From the NCBI GenBank assembly GCA_052327205.1, contig CM126212.1:7874001-7938000 (forward strand): 64,000 nt of DNA. The letters run 5' to 3'. This document shows positions 51,373 to 64,000 of the stretch, piece after piece; position 1 is the first letter of the stretch; every line of letters begins with the position of its first letter. The translations under genes and the position numbers were made by a program. The DNA comes from Somniosus microcephalus. Taxonomy: Eukaryota. The notes under the pieces are model-generated. The model was not told the DNA's origin. It saw only the letters and a list, made by a program, of their open reading frames with translations, and searched no databases.

Positions 51373-51629
51373 CAGAACTGAAGGTGGCCTGAATCAGCTG
51401 GAGTGCCAGCAGAAAACCCAAATTTGAATCTGTTTTGCTGGACACATTCCAGTTGGGTCTTCTCTACATTTGGTTGAGTTTCATCAACATTTGCCAGTTC
51501 AAATGGGAGGGGATAGGGAGTAGAAGCAGAAACACTAACTTGGGAAGGATCTTCTCATACACTGCTCAAACCACATTCCCAGTCAGATAGCTGCAAAGGA
51601 GTCAGAAAGGAAACAAATTAAATTGTGTT

Positions 51630-51905
51630 CATTACGTCTCCTTGTGTGGACGTAAAAGATCCCACGACACTGTTCGAAGAAGAACAGACGAGTTCTTGTG
51701 TACCAGCTAACATTTATCCCTCAACTAACATCGCTAATATAGATGATCTGATCCCTTAACACGTTGGAACCTTGCTGGCATAAATTGGCTTTTGTGTTTA
51801 CCTACATAACAATGACAGTCCTTCAAAAGTAACTCCTTAGTTGTCAAGTACGTTCGCACATTCTGATGACATGAAAGGCGCTATATAAATGCGAATTTGT
51901 TCCTT
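51630..51905 (+). mobile_element. Decayed DeuSINE
   Basis: GTAAAAGATCCCA...TTTATCCCTCAAC...AAAGGCGCTATATAAATGC. Confidence 0.65.
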
Positions 51906-53004
51906 CCTGAGGGTAAGATTGACAGAACTAAGGTTTTGTTTGCGCAGGGGTTGAGTTTAACCAGCTAGTATTACTGCTTGTTGAGTGAGGATTGCCCTAC
52001 CTGTTAGAACATGGGCTTGTTGGTTTTTTGGAACTGAGGGAAGAATCCCAGCCTCCAGTGACTGGTCCATTCTTACAGCTTTCACTAGTGAGGCAGGCAA
52101 GCTGGTCAATCATCAACAATGTCCTGGAGAAATGCAGACTTGCCAGGTTCCTGTATTGGATTACCTGATCTGAAGGTTAAATCCCAACTTCTATCGCCAG
52201 GTATGTAACCTTCCAGCCCAACGAGACCAACCTTCCCGCAAGAAGAGTTCTTAATCGTCTATTAGCCAACTGATGAATGTGGGGTTGGATCCTTGGTAGG
52301 TGGTTAATAGCAACCATCAAATGTATGCGAACATTGTCACCATATTCCTGAGCGCCATATCCCATGGAAAAGTGCTGTCACCAATTGGAGGTACACAGGT
52401 TCAGCAACAGCTCCTTTTCCACAACTCAATCATGATGGCGACTGAACCCTGGATATATGTTTGCATATTCTCATCCGTGGTTTCCAGATAAAGCCTTCCA
52501 GCAGTAGTCAGCTTGAGTCTAGGTTTCCTGAGTAGCAACTGCCTTCAGTGTGATGGAATGACCTACATCAGACACGACATTGTGTCAGCCACCGGGCTGT
52601 GTTACCAGGCTTCCTTATCCCCAACAGCTTAATTGTCCTCATTTTGCAAAGAGGTGTGCCTGCTGTGAGGCTGCCTCCCACTCCAGGGTACAGTGACAGG
52701 TTGAGGTCGACCACAAATTCACCTCACAGTTTGATTCTGGATCTGGAGCTAGCGGAAGTCCTGGTATCCACAAAGACCTCTTTTAGACAAGTCTTGTACA
52801 CAGCATGCTTACCTTGGATTGGGATGTGGCTCTCACTGCAGAAAGACCGAAGTGCCTTGTGCCTCATCTCGAAGGTCCTGAAGGAGTGACCAGCTTGAAG
52901 TTGTCATACATCAGGATCCTGAGATAACACCATGAATCAGGACTCGCATACTCCTTGTCAATCCCTTCAAGATCCCCTCCTGGGTTGTACAGAGGTGTAC
53001 TATT

Positions 53005-54460
53005 TTTTAAAATTCATTGATGGGATGTGGGCGTCGCTGGCTGGCTAGGCCTGCATTTAGTGCCCATCCCTAATTGCCCTTGAGAAAATGGTGGTGAGCC
53101 GCTTTCTTGACCCGCTGCAGTCCATATGGTGTCGGTACACCCACAATGCTGTTAGGAAGGGAGTTCCAGGATTTTGGCCCAGCGACAGTGAAGCAACGGC
53201 GATACAGGTCCAAGTCAGGATGGTGTGTGGCTTGGAGGGGAACTTGTAGGCGGTGATGTTCCCATGCGTCTGCTGCCCTTGTCCTTCTAAGTGGTAGAGG
53301 TCGTGGGTTTGGAAGGTGCTGTTGAAGGAGCTTTGGCGAGTTGCTGCAGTGCATCTTGTAGATGGTACACAGTGCAGCCACGGTGCGCCGGTGGTGGAGG
53401 AAGTGAATGTTGAAGGTGGTGGATGGAGTGCCAATCAAGCGGGCTGCTTTATCCTAAATGGTGTCGAGCTTCTTGAGTGTTGTTGGAGCTGCACTCATCC
53501 AGGCAAGTGGAGAGTATTCCATCACACTCCTGACTTGTGCCTTGTAGATGGTGGAAAGGCATTGGGGAGTCAGGAGGTGAGGCACTCGCCGCAGAATTCC
53601 CAGCCTCTGACTTGCTCTTGTAGCCACAGTATTTGTATGGCTGGTCCAGTTCAGTTTCTGATCAATGGTAACCCCCCAGGATGTTGATAGTGGGGGATTC
53701 AGCGATGGTAATGCCATTGAATGTCAAGGGGAGATGGTTAGAGTCTCGCTTGTTGGAGATGATCATTGCCTGGCACTTGTGTGGTGCGAATGTTACTTGC
53801 CACTTGTCAGCCCAAGTCTGAATGTTGTCCAGGTCTTGCTGCATATGGACACGGACTGCGTCTGTGTTTGACGAGTCTCGAATGGTGCTGAACAGTGTGC
53901 AATCATCAGCGAACATCCCCACTTCTGACCTTATGATGGAGGGAAGGTCATTGATGAAACAGCTGATGATGGTTGGGCCTAGGACACTGCCCTGAGGAAC
54001 TCCTGCAGTGATGTCATGTGATTGAGATGAATGACCTCCAACAACCACAGCCAACTTCCTTTGTGCTAGGTATGATTCCAACCAATGGAGAGTTTTCCCC
54101 TTGATTTCCATTGACTTCAGTTTTGCTAGGGCTCCTTGATGCCACACTCGATCAAATGCTGCCTTGATGTCAAGGGCAGTCACTCTCGCCTCACCTCTGG
54201 AATTCAGCTCTTTTGTCCATGTTTGGACCAAGGCTGTAATGAGGTCAGGAGCTGAGTGGCCCTGGCGGAACCCAAACTGGGCATCAGTTACCAGGTTATT
54301 GCTGAGTAAGTGCCGCTTGATAGCGCTGTCGACGACACCTTCCGTCACTTTGCTGATGATTGAGAGTAGACTGATGGGACGGTAATTGGCCGGGTCGGAT
54401 TTGTCCTGCTTTTTGTAGACAGGACATACTTGGGCAATTTTCCACATTGCCGGGTAGATG
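53005..54460 (-). mobile_element. CR1-clade LINE (second family) with well-preserved RT region
   Basis: WKIAQVCPVYKK...NYRPISLL...QFGFR...ALDIKAAFDRV...GVPQGSVLGP...FADD; frameshifted downstream. Confidence 0.92.
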
Positions 54461-55649
54461 CCATATTTGGGGGTACCCCCTGTTATATTTCACAGCTCAA
54501 CCTATTGACCATTCTGGGTAGAGTGCAGTGGACCCCCAGGTGAGCCTGCCAAAAACACGCTGCTGTCTGTAAAAAAGGAGCATCACAATACTTTCAAAAA
54601 TGTCTACAACAGACAGTAAGTCCATTCCTTACAATATCATTCCAAAACATTGTTGATTAAGACACTGAATAGGATGAAGGACAGTGGACAACCTCGCCTC
54701 ACTCCTCTCTCATTTGATACGCGAGCTTGTTACACAGTTCGCTAGCCTTTTGGTAGTTGGCATCTAAAGCACTGTAGAACATCACAGTTACCTCAAACAC
54801 CCTTGAACTTTTTCTCTTGATGAGGATTTGAACTACTTTGATGCCCTTGGGTAAAAGTAACACTTTGGAAGACCCATCTTTGAGGAATTCCATGCACCAG
54901 GAAGGAAAATCCATGTAGTTGGCAGCATGGAAAGAATTTGGGGTTTTTCTGATCAATGAATTGCTTGGGAGTTCAGGAGACCATGGAGTTGAGCTGCAAA
55001 GAAGCTGAATAATACTTTTACTCAATCTGTGACTTAGACTGGAACAATGACGAGTGTTGTTGATGGGTTGATATTGGGATATAATGTTCCCTGTACTTGC
55101 TTAAAAAGTGCCTGTCCATAATGTATAATGTGTTTACTTGTACAGCTAAGTGGATGTAAATCACACAAGGCTTTCAAAAACACAACTTTCATGATTTAAG
55201 GAGTGCTGAGTTAAGCGGTTATTTATAGTTATTCACTTTGTGAGTTGAAGGCTGAAATAAATTCTGACCATGATGTACTTGAGCAGTGAACGGGTGAGAT
55301 GGGGGACACCTTTCAGGAAAGCAGTGGCGAGTTACCTACAAGCATGCAAAAACATCATTACGATATTATCTGTCAATGAACAATATAACTGCAATGCATA
55401 TACTACATAAGTTTACCTCCCAGTTACATACCGATGATTTGTACAAATAACCGCTTTTGGCGGGGTGGCTTAGGTTGGGGGGGGGAGTATTTTCCTAATA
55501 TTTAATTGTTGCCAATTTGCAAAGTTAGAAAGAGGAGGAGGCTGATGATAGGAAAATATTTGTGATGGGTGGATGTTAGTTTGGAGACTGTATCCATGAT
55601 TGGTAGTGGATGTGCTTTGCCGGACGTATCTGCAACATTGCCCTTTTAT

Positions 55650-55920
55650 TTAAAAAAATGATTTCTGGGGATGTGTGCGTCGCTGGTATTTATTGCCCAT
55701 CCCTGGTTGTCCTGAGGAGGTGGTGGTTCACCTTGAACAGTTGAGAGAGGTTTTGTACAACTGAGTGTCTTGCTCGGCCACTTCAGAGGGCAGTGAAGAG
55801 TCAACCATGCTGGTGTGGGGACTGGAGTCACACAGGCCAGACAAGATAAGGAAGGTCGGTTTCCTCCTCCAAAGGAGATCCGTGAATCAGTTTGTGGTTT
55901 GATGATAATCCAACAGGTAC
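55650..55920 (-). mobile_element. Decayed SINE with CR1-family-2 tail
   Basis: Similar to 21575-22015. Confidence 0.55.
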
Positions 55921-56904
55921 TGGTAGAAAATAGTCTTCAAGATTTTGTGAGGAGGTGGTCTTTCAGTTGTCCTTGAAGGTTTGAGTTTCAGATTACACTT
56001 GCAGCTTAACATACAAAGTCACGCAGCTGCATTTTCCCTTATTCATGAGGTATTTGTAAAATGTTGGTATTGATTCTGGTGGCAATTGGTTAAAGTAACA
56101 AAGTTTAAAAATAGAACTGGGAAAATCTATGTAGAATGCCATCAGGAATTAACTCCTGATCTTGCCGAGGACACTGTGCCAGGGGTGAAGATAGTCAAGA
56201 TGTTCTTTGGAATGAGAGAGAGAGAAATTTGGAGGGCTTGGTGACTCAATTTGATGCCATGAGGCATCTAACAAACAGTTGAATGTTTTTACAGCCTGTA
56301 AGACTGGTCCACGGAGTTCAGGATGCAGTAACTACTTTTCCACTGAGTGCTACTTTTTCTGTTGATGTTCCTCAGTACCATTTGTGCTGACCGAATGCTG
56401 CAAATGCCGTAAATACTCTTGGCCTCCCTAAACTTAAGAATAAAGTTGGATTTTCCCTATTAATTACCGTATTTAGCAATAATACTCCACATTAGAATCT
56501 GTGTTGGATTTGCACTACTTTTCCCGTCTCATGAATAGTACATTTGGAGCCTGACTGATGCAGGCTAGTGTTACTTTTTGAGTTTATTTGTGTCAAAACA
56601 ATTTACAAAAGCAAAGATACAAGACATATACAACACAACATAATAAATGTATCTGAAAGATCAGGAAACATTCCACAGGGAGCTAACTTCACATTTATCC
56701 AGCTTCAGACTTTCGTGCTAAAAAAGAAAGTCCAGTAAACTCTGTGCCAGCAATGTCTTTCAGTTCCATCAAGTTTCCCATCATGAAAATAGCACAGTGT
56801 AAGCTTTTGTTACAGAACTGCTTCATCTCGACATGCTCAGACAGAGACAGAAAACTGATGAACTGGGACACAGGACTTGAAAAAAGAAAAAAAAAAAAAA
56901 AATT

Positions 56905-58340
56905 TGTTCGCAGGATATGGCTGACGATGGCAAAGCCACAATTTTATTGCCTCGTGGCCCCGAGGAGGTGGTGGTGGGTCTTCTTGAACCGCTGTAGTCT
57001 TTGTGCTGATGGAGCTCCCATCGTGTTGCCAAGTAAGAAATTGAACGATTTTGATCCAGCATTGATGAAGGAAGGGCAGAATGTGTCCAGATCAGGATGG
57101 TAGAGAACTTGGAGGTAATGGTGTTCCCATGACATTGCTGCTCTTGCCTCCTCTGTGGAAGAGGTTGCAGGGCTGGAAAGTGCTGTTGATGTAAGCTGGG
57201 TGAGTTGCTGCAGTGTATCCTGTAGATCATGCATAATGCAGCCACAGTGCACTGGCGGTGAAGGGGTGATATTGAGGTAGCAATCAAGCAGACTGCACTG
57301 TTCTGTGTCGTTTTGAGCTTCTTGAGTATTGTTGCAGTTGCACCCAATTAGGTGAGCGGAGTATTCCATCACACTCGACTTTTTTTATTCATTCATGGGA
57401 TGTGGCCTAATTGCCCTTGAGAAGGTGGTGAGCTGCCTTCTTGAACCGCAGCAGTCAGTGTGGTGAAGGTACTCCAACAGTGCTGTTAGATAGGGAGTTC
57501 CAGGATTTTAACCTACCGATGAGGAAGGAATGGGGATATATTTCCAAGTCAGGATGGTGTATGACTTGGAGGGGAACTTGGAGGAGGTGGTGTTCCCATG
57601 TGCCTGCTCCCCTTGTATTTCCAGGTGATAGAGGTCATGGGTTTGGGAGGTGCTGTTGAAGAAGCCTCGAGTTGCTGCAGTGCCTCTTGAGTCTTGAAGA
57701 TGGCGGAGAGGTCAGGAGATGAGCCACTTCGAGGACCCAGCCTCTGCCCTGCTCTTGAAGCCATGTTGTTTATTTGGCTGGTCCAATTAAACTTCTAGTC
57801 AAGATGTTGATTGTAGGTCACTTGCAATGGTGGCGCCATTTAAGTTCAGTGGGAAGTGGATTTTTTTGTTGAAGGTTATTTCCTGACACTTGGGTGATGT
57901 GAATGTTACCTGTTACTTGTCAGTCGCAGTCTGAATGTTATCCTGGTCCTGCTGTAGGCTTGCATGGGCTCTTTCATTATTCGTGGAGTTGAGAATGGAG
58001 CTGAGAATTGGGCAATTGTCGGCCAACAGCCGCACTCATGACTTTGTGGTGGAGGGAAGGTCGTTGATGAAGCGGCTGAAGATGGTTGGGCCAAAGATGC
58101 TGCTCTGAAGCACACCTGCAGCAACGTCCTGCGGCTGTGATGATTTGCCTCTGCCAACCATGACCGTCTTCCTTTGTTAAGTATGACTCCAGCATTCGAG
58201 GGTAGTCCCTTTTGACTGCTGTTGACCTCAGTTTTGCTAGGGCTCCTCGGTGCCATATTTGGTCGAATGCTGCCTTGGTGTTGATGGCGGCTGCTGTCGC
58301 CTTTTTTGATATTAGGCTAGTCTCCATATCTGGATGATGC
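56905..58340 (-). mobile_element. Two adjacent decayed CR1-clade (second family) fragments
   Basis: Both ~56905-57375 and ~57380-58340 resemble 53005-54250. Confidence 0.75.
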
Positions 58341-58849
58341 TAGTGATGAGGTCTGAAGCCTTTGAAGATGGGATTGAGCATTGAATATCTCCGTACAAGT
58401 GCTGTTCTGCTACATTACAACACAGATTCTCATAAGATTTACCTGAGGCTGAAATACGAGGACGAACCACTGGAGACAGTTGAAGGACCTTTTTGCGATT
58501 CAGTTGTACAATTGACTTGCACTTTGCAGTGCCTCATCAGCATTCTAAACAAACTGTCCTCATCAAACAGACCCTTTATCCTAACTAATGCTTGATCAAA
58601 GAGAATCTGCTGCTTATGTTAAGACTATCTTTGGTCCTTCATTTTAAACTTGGGGAAGGGACAGCCTCTCTTCTAAATTTCAGTTAATGTTGCTTTTACA
58701 GTCTTTCATATGGCTAGGTGTCTTCAATGAAAAAATGACAGAGAACTTTATAGAATCATAGAAATTACAGCACAGGAGGAGGTCATTGTCATTGTGCTGG
58801 TGCTAGCTCAAGAAGTCCCCTTAGAAAATCTGCTCCCTTGTAGCCACAT

Positions 58850-60256
58850 GTAACCCCATTATTTAAGAAAGGAGGGAGAGAGAAAACAGGGAACGACAGA
58901 CCAGTTAGCCTGATATCAGTAGTAGGGAAAATGGTAGAATCTATTACTAAGGACGTGGGTAACGGGACACTTAGAAAATAATAATAGGATTGGGTAGAGT
59001 CAACACGGATTTATGAAAAGGAAATTGTGTTTTTCAAATGTGTCAGAATCTTTTGAGGTTGTAACTAGCAGAATAGATAAGGGGAAAACCAGTGGATGTG
59101 GTGTATTTGGATTTTCAGAAGGCATTCGACAAGGTGCCAACACATGAGGTTATTAAACAAAATTAGGGCTCATGGGATTGGGGATAATATACTAGCATGG
59201 ATTGAGGATTGGTTAACGGACAGAAAACAGAGAGTAGGAATAAACGGGTCATTTTCGGGTTGGCAGGCTGTAACTAGTGGGGTACCGCAAGGATCAGTGC
59301 TTGGGCCTCAGCTATTCACAATCTACATCAATGATTTGGATGAGGGGACCGAATGTAATATATCCAAGTTTGCTGATGATACAAAGCTGGGTGGGAATGT
59401 AAGTTGTGAGGAGGATGCAAGGAGGCTTCAAGGGGATATAGACAGGCTAAGTGAGTGGGCAAGAACATGGCAACTGGAATATAATGTGGAGAATTGAGAA
59501 GTTATCCACTTTGGTAGGAAAAATAGAAAAGCAGAGTATTTTTTAAATGGTGAGAGATTGGGAAATGTTGGTGTTCAGAGGGACCTGGGTGTCCTTGTAC
59601 ACGAATTGCTGAAAGTTAACATGCAGGTACAGCAAGCAATTAGGAAAGCAAATGGTATGTTGGCCTTTATTACAAAGGGATTGGAGTATAAGAGTAAATG
59701 ACGTCTTACTGCCATTATGTAGGGCCCTGGTGAGACCACACCTGGAGTATTGTGTACAGGGAGTGCAACGAAGGTTCACCAGACTGGTTCCTGGGATGGG
59801 AGGGATTGTTCTATGAAGAGAGATTGAGTAGACTAGGCCTATATTCTCCAGAGTTTAGAAGAATGAGAGGTGATCTCATTGAAACATGCAAAATTCTTAC
59901 AGGACTTGATAGGGTATATGCAGGGAGGATGTTTCCCCTGACTGGGGAGTCTAGCACCAGGGGTCACAGTCTCAGGATAAGGGGTCGGCCATTTAGAACT
60001 GAGATGAGGAGAAATTTCTTCACTCAGAGGGTGGTGAATCTTTGGAATTCTCTACCCCAGAGGGCTGTGGAGGCTCAGTCATTGAGTATATTCAAGACAG
60101 AGATCGATAGATTTTTGAATATTAAGGGAATCGAGGGATATGGGGATAGTGCAGGAAAGTGGAGATGAGGTAGAAGATCAGCCATGATTTTATTGAATGG
60201 TGAAGCAGGCTCGAAGGGCCAAATGGCCGACTCCTGCTCCTAGTTCTTACGTTCTT
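58850..60256 (+). mobile_element. CR1/HER1-like LINE, RT region and 3' end
   Basis: WIEDWLTDRKQRVGING...GVPQGSVLGPQLFTIYINDL...FADDTK; RGDLIETCKI...RRNFFTQRVVNLWNSLP. Confidence 0.93.
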
Positions 60257-60289
60257 GCCATTAGTTTCATTCCTTTTTTGACTGTCTAG

Positions 60290-60790
60290 AGCTGAACCAG
60301 ACCATTCGCACCCTTGGCATCCTGTTCACCCTTGAGTTGAGTTTCAGCCCCCGTATCCGTTCCATCATGAGCTCTGCTTCCTTCCACCTGTGCAACATAG
60401 CCCACCTCTGCCCCTGTCTCCGTGCTAATGCCATTGAAACCCTTTACATGCCTGTGACATCTTCAGATTTGACTATTGAACATTCTCCTTGCTGGCCTTG
60501 CACTCTCCATCCTCTAAACTTCAGCTTATTCAAATCTCTGCTACGGATATCCCATCCGTATCGCCTCCTTCCTCACTGCTATGCATCAGCTTCCTGTCCT
60601 CCAAAGTATTAAATGTAACATCGTTTTCCTCATCTTTAAATCCCTCTCTGGCCTTGCCGCACTCCAGTTTGACAACCTCTTCCCCCCACAAGCAGTCTGT
60701 TGTTCTTACTTTGCTTTTTGTTCATCTGATCCTTCCTTTGTCCAACTCTTGCTGGTATAGATTCAGCTGCCTGGGTCCTTCCCTCTGTGC
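60290..60790 (+). mobile_element. Decayed L2 fragment
   Basis: Similar to 13020-13420. Confidence 0.65.
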
Positions 60791-61189
60791 AAGTGGGGAG
60801 AGGAAGTTAATTTCACAATGGAGGTGGCTTACATGTATTTAAAAATAAAAATTGACAGCACCTTTTTATATTTTTAAATGCATATTTACTGCCTTTCCTC
60901 TGAATCATTGGCAGGGCGTGTGCTGCATTGTGGCCGATCGAGGTGTGTCCATAGTTTTTTGGAGGGGTTGGGGGTGGGGGTGGCCGGAGAGCAGGACGAT
61001 GAGAGAGGTGTGCATTGAATGTCATCAGTAATACTGTCATTAGGTGAACACCAATCTAAATTTTTACACTTTAAATTGTGCCTTATTTGATGTATTTTGC
61101 TAAGAAACATGGAAATCAGTATTAAATATTATTTATTGTAAGTATTTTTGCACCTGAATGAATGTAAACACTTTTGGGTTTCTTTACAG

Positions 61190-61226
61190 AAAAATTACAA
61201 AGAGGCAGATGAAGATTGTAAAAGTG
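61190..61226 (+). CDS. HELZ-like coding exon 2 (KNYKEADEDCKS)
   Basis: TTTCTTTACAG acceptor, G|GTAAGT donor; recalled human HELZ KNYVQADEDCRH. Confidence 0.88.
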
Positions 61227-61412
61227 GTAAGTTGCCTGAAATGGCTTCCTTAATTTTATGTTTAAATATAATCTGTATACAGTTGAGGTATTTTTTCAGG
61301 GATTGTTCTTTTCGTAAGAGTTTTAAGATTGAAAAACCCCTGCACATGTGTGGCATGGCTTTTGGTGATGGGTGTATTGTTCACATGTTAAATTAACTGT
61401 TTTGTTTCCAAG

Positions 61413-61537
61413 TCTTATGCTTCCATGAAATCCTGGGAGAAAACCTATTAAGAGATGTGTTGGCATCACTAGTTCTGGAGGGAAAACTGAAGGATGTTTA
61501 TGATGCTTTGTGCGATTGTAAGACTACGGACTGTATG
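61413..61537 (+). CDS. HELZ-like coding exon 3 ((V)LCFHEILGENLLRDVLASLVLEGKLKDVYDALCDCKTTDCM)
   Basis: TTTGTTTCCAAG acceptor, ATG|GTAGGT donor; phase 1 restores the frame; aligns to [29 protein letters not shown]. Confidence 0.8.
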
Positions 61538-61636
61538 GTAGGTCAGCGTTTTGGCGATTGAGATTTGTTTTGTAACTAATACGATTTCAGTAGAATTCAT
61601 GGCGCACACAAAGCACATGTCGATTTATGCTTCCAG

Positions 61637-61693
61637 AATGGAGCCTCCTTAAACCATCTGAGACGGCTACTGCACTTGCTGACGGAATCGCAG
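61637..61693 (+). CDS. HELZ-like coding exon 4 (NGASLNHLRRLLHLLTESQ)
   Basis: TTCCAG acceptor, CAG|GTAAGC donor; 19 codons aligning gap-free to NGMVTKDLTRLKTLLSETE. Confidence 0.82.
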
Positions 61694-62638
61694 GTAAGCT
61701 GTTAAATGTATGGTTGCAGAAGTTTAAATGTGTCTCCCTTCCTCCAAACAAGTAATGCAGAAGCAGATAGTTGCACTGTACATTTTTTGGGAGGGTGGGA
61801 GTTTGAGTATACTGCATTATCAAGTTAGGTACAGAATGGGTGAAATGTCGGATTAAGTTCCTCCTACTGTCACTAACAACATGCCTTTTCTCCAACCCCT
61901 GAGAAGCGCACCCAGCACAGTCAGTGTGATATATCAATTTCTTACATCAGCAATCTGTGGGTGAGAATGCCGTATTAGATGCTGATTCTACTTTGTGTAT
62001 GGATTCATGGCCACTGGGAAACTACCCTTTTAATTAGGACCCCTGCATCTGGTAGAGAGCGATGACAATCTGGGCTAGATCGAGTTAAGGCGCCAAAGAT
62101 GAGAAGACCGATTTTGAACGCTGCTGTAGTTGTGCCATCATTCGTAATTTCAGATATCTTGTCTGCTGCTTCATTATCAAAGATACCTCCTGGCTAAGTC
62201 CCTAAAATGGATTACACTGGAATCTTTCTTGCATGTGAAGCAAATGGGAGTATTCTGGCTGTTAATGCAAAAGAGAGGTCTACTGTCACCTCACAGGTTA
62301 ATATACAAGATAAAATGTCGGAAGCTTCTGTGCACTATTCTGCTAACTGTGAATGTTCTGGACTTCCTTAGAACAATATAACCAGAGAATTGTGAATGCT
62401 TAGGTTTCCAGTTCTAGGTAGGACCCAGGGTGAGGATCTTGCCTTCCTCTTCAAAGTGGGCCAAAATAGTCCCTGGGGAGGGAATGTTACATGACTCATT
62501 TACAGTGGTTTGCACAATCTGTTAATACATATATTGCAGATAGTTAGTTACATTAGTAAGTGGTGATGCAGAAGATTAATAGAAATGTTAAGGATTTTAA
62601 TTATTTATGTGCATTTTCTTTGTTTTTTTTTTTAGCAG

Positions 62639-62684
62639 GCTACAACTAACGGTGCTCTCTTTTCATCAGAGCAAGATGCCAAAG
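62639..62684 (+). CDS. HELZ-like coding exon 5 (ATTNGALFSSEQDAK); gene presumably continues right of the window
   Basis: Long polypyrimidine tract plus TAGCAG acceptor, AAG|GTGTGT donor; weak similarity to TATSNALSG. Confidence 0.65.
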
Positions 62685-63592
62685 GTGTGTGCTGACATTG
62701 TGAAGCTAAAGACAGTCGCGCAATAAATTATTCTGCTTTTAAAAAGATGGACAGTATCACTTCTGTCACTGATCAAACCCTTTGCTCGAGGTGGCTGCAG
62801 AGACTAGTTACTACAGCACTCTTTTAATGTTCATCAGTATTCAGTGTATGGGATCTGGACCCCATTGCTGGGTACTGCAAATGTTGAACATATGCAGCAC
62901 CTATAAAAGGAAAAATGGGGTGATGTTTTAGACTGTATCAGAATTGGAAACTGGAAGACAAGAGAGTCCCTTTATAGAACAAAACAAAACTTTGAGTGAG
63001 TTATTAGAGTGGAGGTATTATTATCAGGGGCACTGATTTATCAACATTGAGGGATGTCCCTGGGATCTGGGAGCACTGGGGAAGGGGTCTCAAGATCTAG
63101 CCATACTTTGACATGGGCCTCGATGTCTGGTTGCGCTGACAGGAGGTTCTCGTGGTCTCTGAGTACTGGAGCGGGGGCCATCTGGAATTATTGGCAGACT
63201 AGTCCTAGGATCTCGGGGCATCGGAGAAGGAGGTTCCAGGGTCTGGGTGCATTGCGGGTGGTCATGGGATCAAGGAGCTCTGTGAGCGGCACAAGGATTG
63301 GAGAGTGCAACCTAGAGTTTCTGAGCACTAAGGGGTCCTGGAATCTGGGAGGGGGAAATTTTGAGGAAGGGTTCTTGGGGTCCAGCAGGACTGTGTACAA
63401 GCATTTTTTATTGAGGATGAATCAGTAAAAGACTAAAAATACTACAGCGGTTTTTAAAAATGTTTCTACACATTGCTTTCCTGTTAGTCACTCCACCTCC
63501 CATCCGCATGGCGCGCAAGAGCTGCCTTAAATCAGATCATATGTTCCCTAGTTTTCCCATAAATTTAGTAAACTGATTGTTTGAATTTAAAA

Positions 63593-64000
63593 TAAGAACA
63601 TAAGAAATAGGAGCAGGCCATACGGCCCCTCGGGCCTGCTCTGCCATTCAATAGGATCATGGCTGATCTGAATCTTGACTCGCGTCCACTTCCCTGCCCT
63701 CTCCCCGTAACCCCTAATTCCCTTATCTGCTAGGAAAATGTTTATCTCCATTTTAAATTTATTTAATGTTGCAGCTTCCACCGCTCTTTGGGGTAGCAAA
63801 TTCCATAGATTTACTACCCTCTGAGTGAAGAAGTTTCTCCTCATCTCAGTTTTGAAAGGGCAGCCCCTTATTCTAAGATTATGCCCCCTAGTTCTAGTCT
63901 CACCCGTCAGTGGAAACATCCTCACCGCATCCACCCGATCAAGCCCCCTCACAATCTTATATGTTTCGATAAGATCGCCTCTCATTCTTCTGAACTCCAG
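63593..64000 (-). mobile_element. CR1/HER1-like LINE 3' end (runs off the window)
   Basis: MRGDLIETYKIVRGLDRVDAVRMFPL...RRNFFTQRVVNLWN; TTCTTATGTTCTTA tail. Confidence 0.92.

Noticed and set aside
52180-52990. Possible decayed transposon coding sequence (also ~54500-55030)
   Set aside because: No motif I could assign; needs a repeat-library search
53662-54447. 261-aa RT ORF as the missing RT of the LTR element or as a host gene
   Set aside because: Non-LTR (CR1-type) RT outside the LTRs, 5'-truncated and frameshifted
62900-63430. Next HELZ-like exon (GWHFRPPP-like)
   Set aside because: No matching peptide with splice sites found

Overview
Vertebrate genomic DNA, very probably from a shark or other cartilaginous fish (HE1-type SINE, HER1/CR1-type LINEs, DeuSINEs). 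It holds two head-to-head genes sharing a CpG-island promoter at about 27.3-28.4 kb. RBBP6 lies on the minus strand (coding exons 1-4, DWNN domain, plus the intron-3 read-through short isoform). A diverged HELZ-like gene lies on the plus strand (five coding exons reconstructed by eye, frame-consistent), possibly a retained whole-genome-duplication paralogue of HELZ. The rest is mostly decayed LINEs/SINEs (CR1, L2, Rex1/Babar, Tx1) plus a Tc1/mariner-type MITE. The standout is a young 3,637-bp Gypsy-type LTR element (45408-49044, minus strand, in a HELZ-like intron) with near-identical LTRs, a 5-bp TSD, PBS and PPT. It keeps gag and protease, but RT/RNase H/integrase are replaced in frame by pieces that resemble host proteins: an STK10/SLK coiled coil, an optineurin coiled coil, a matrin-type C2H2 finger and a basic tail. 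All protein and family identifications are from recalled sequences, not database searches, and repeat boundaries are approximate.
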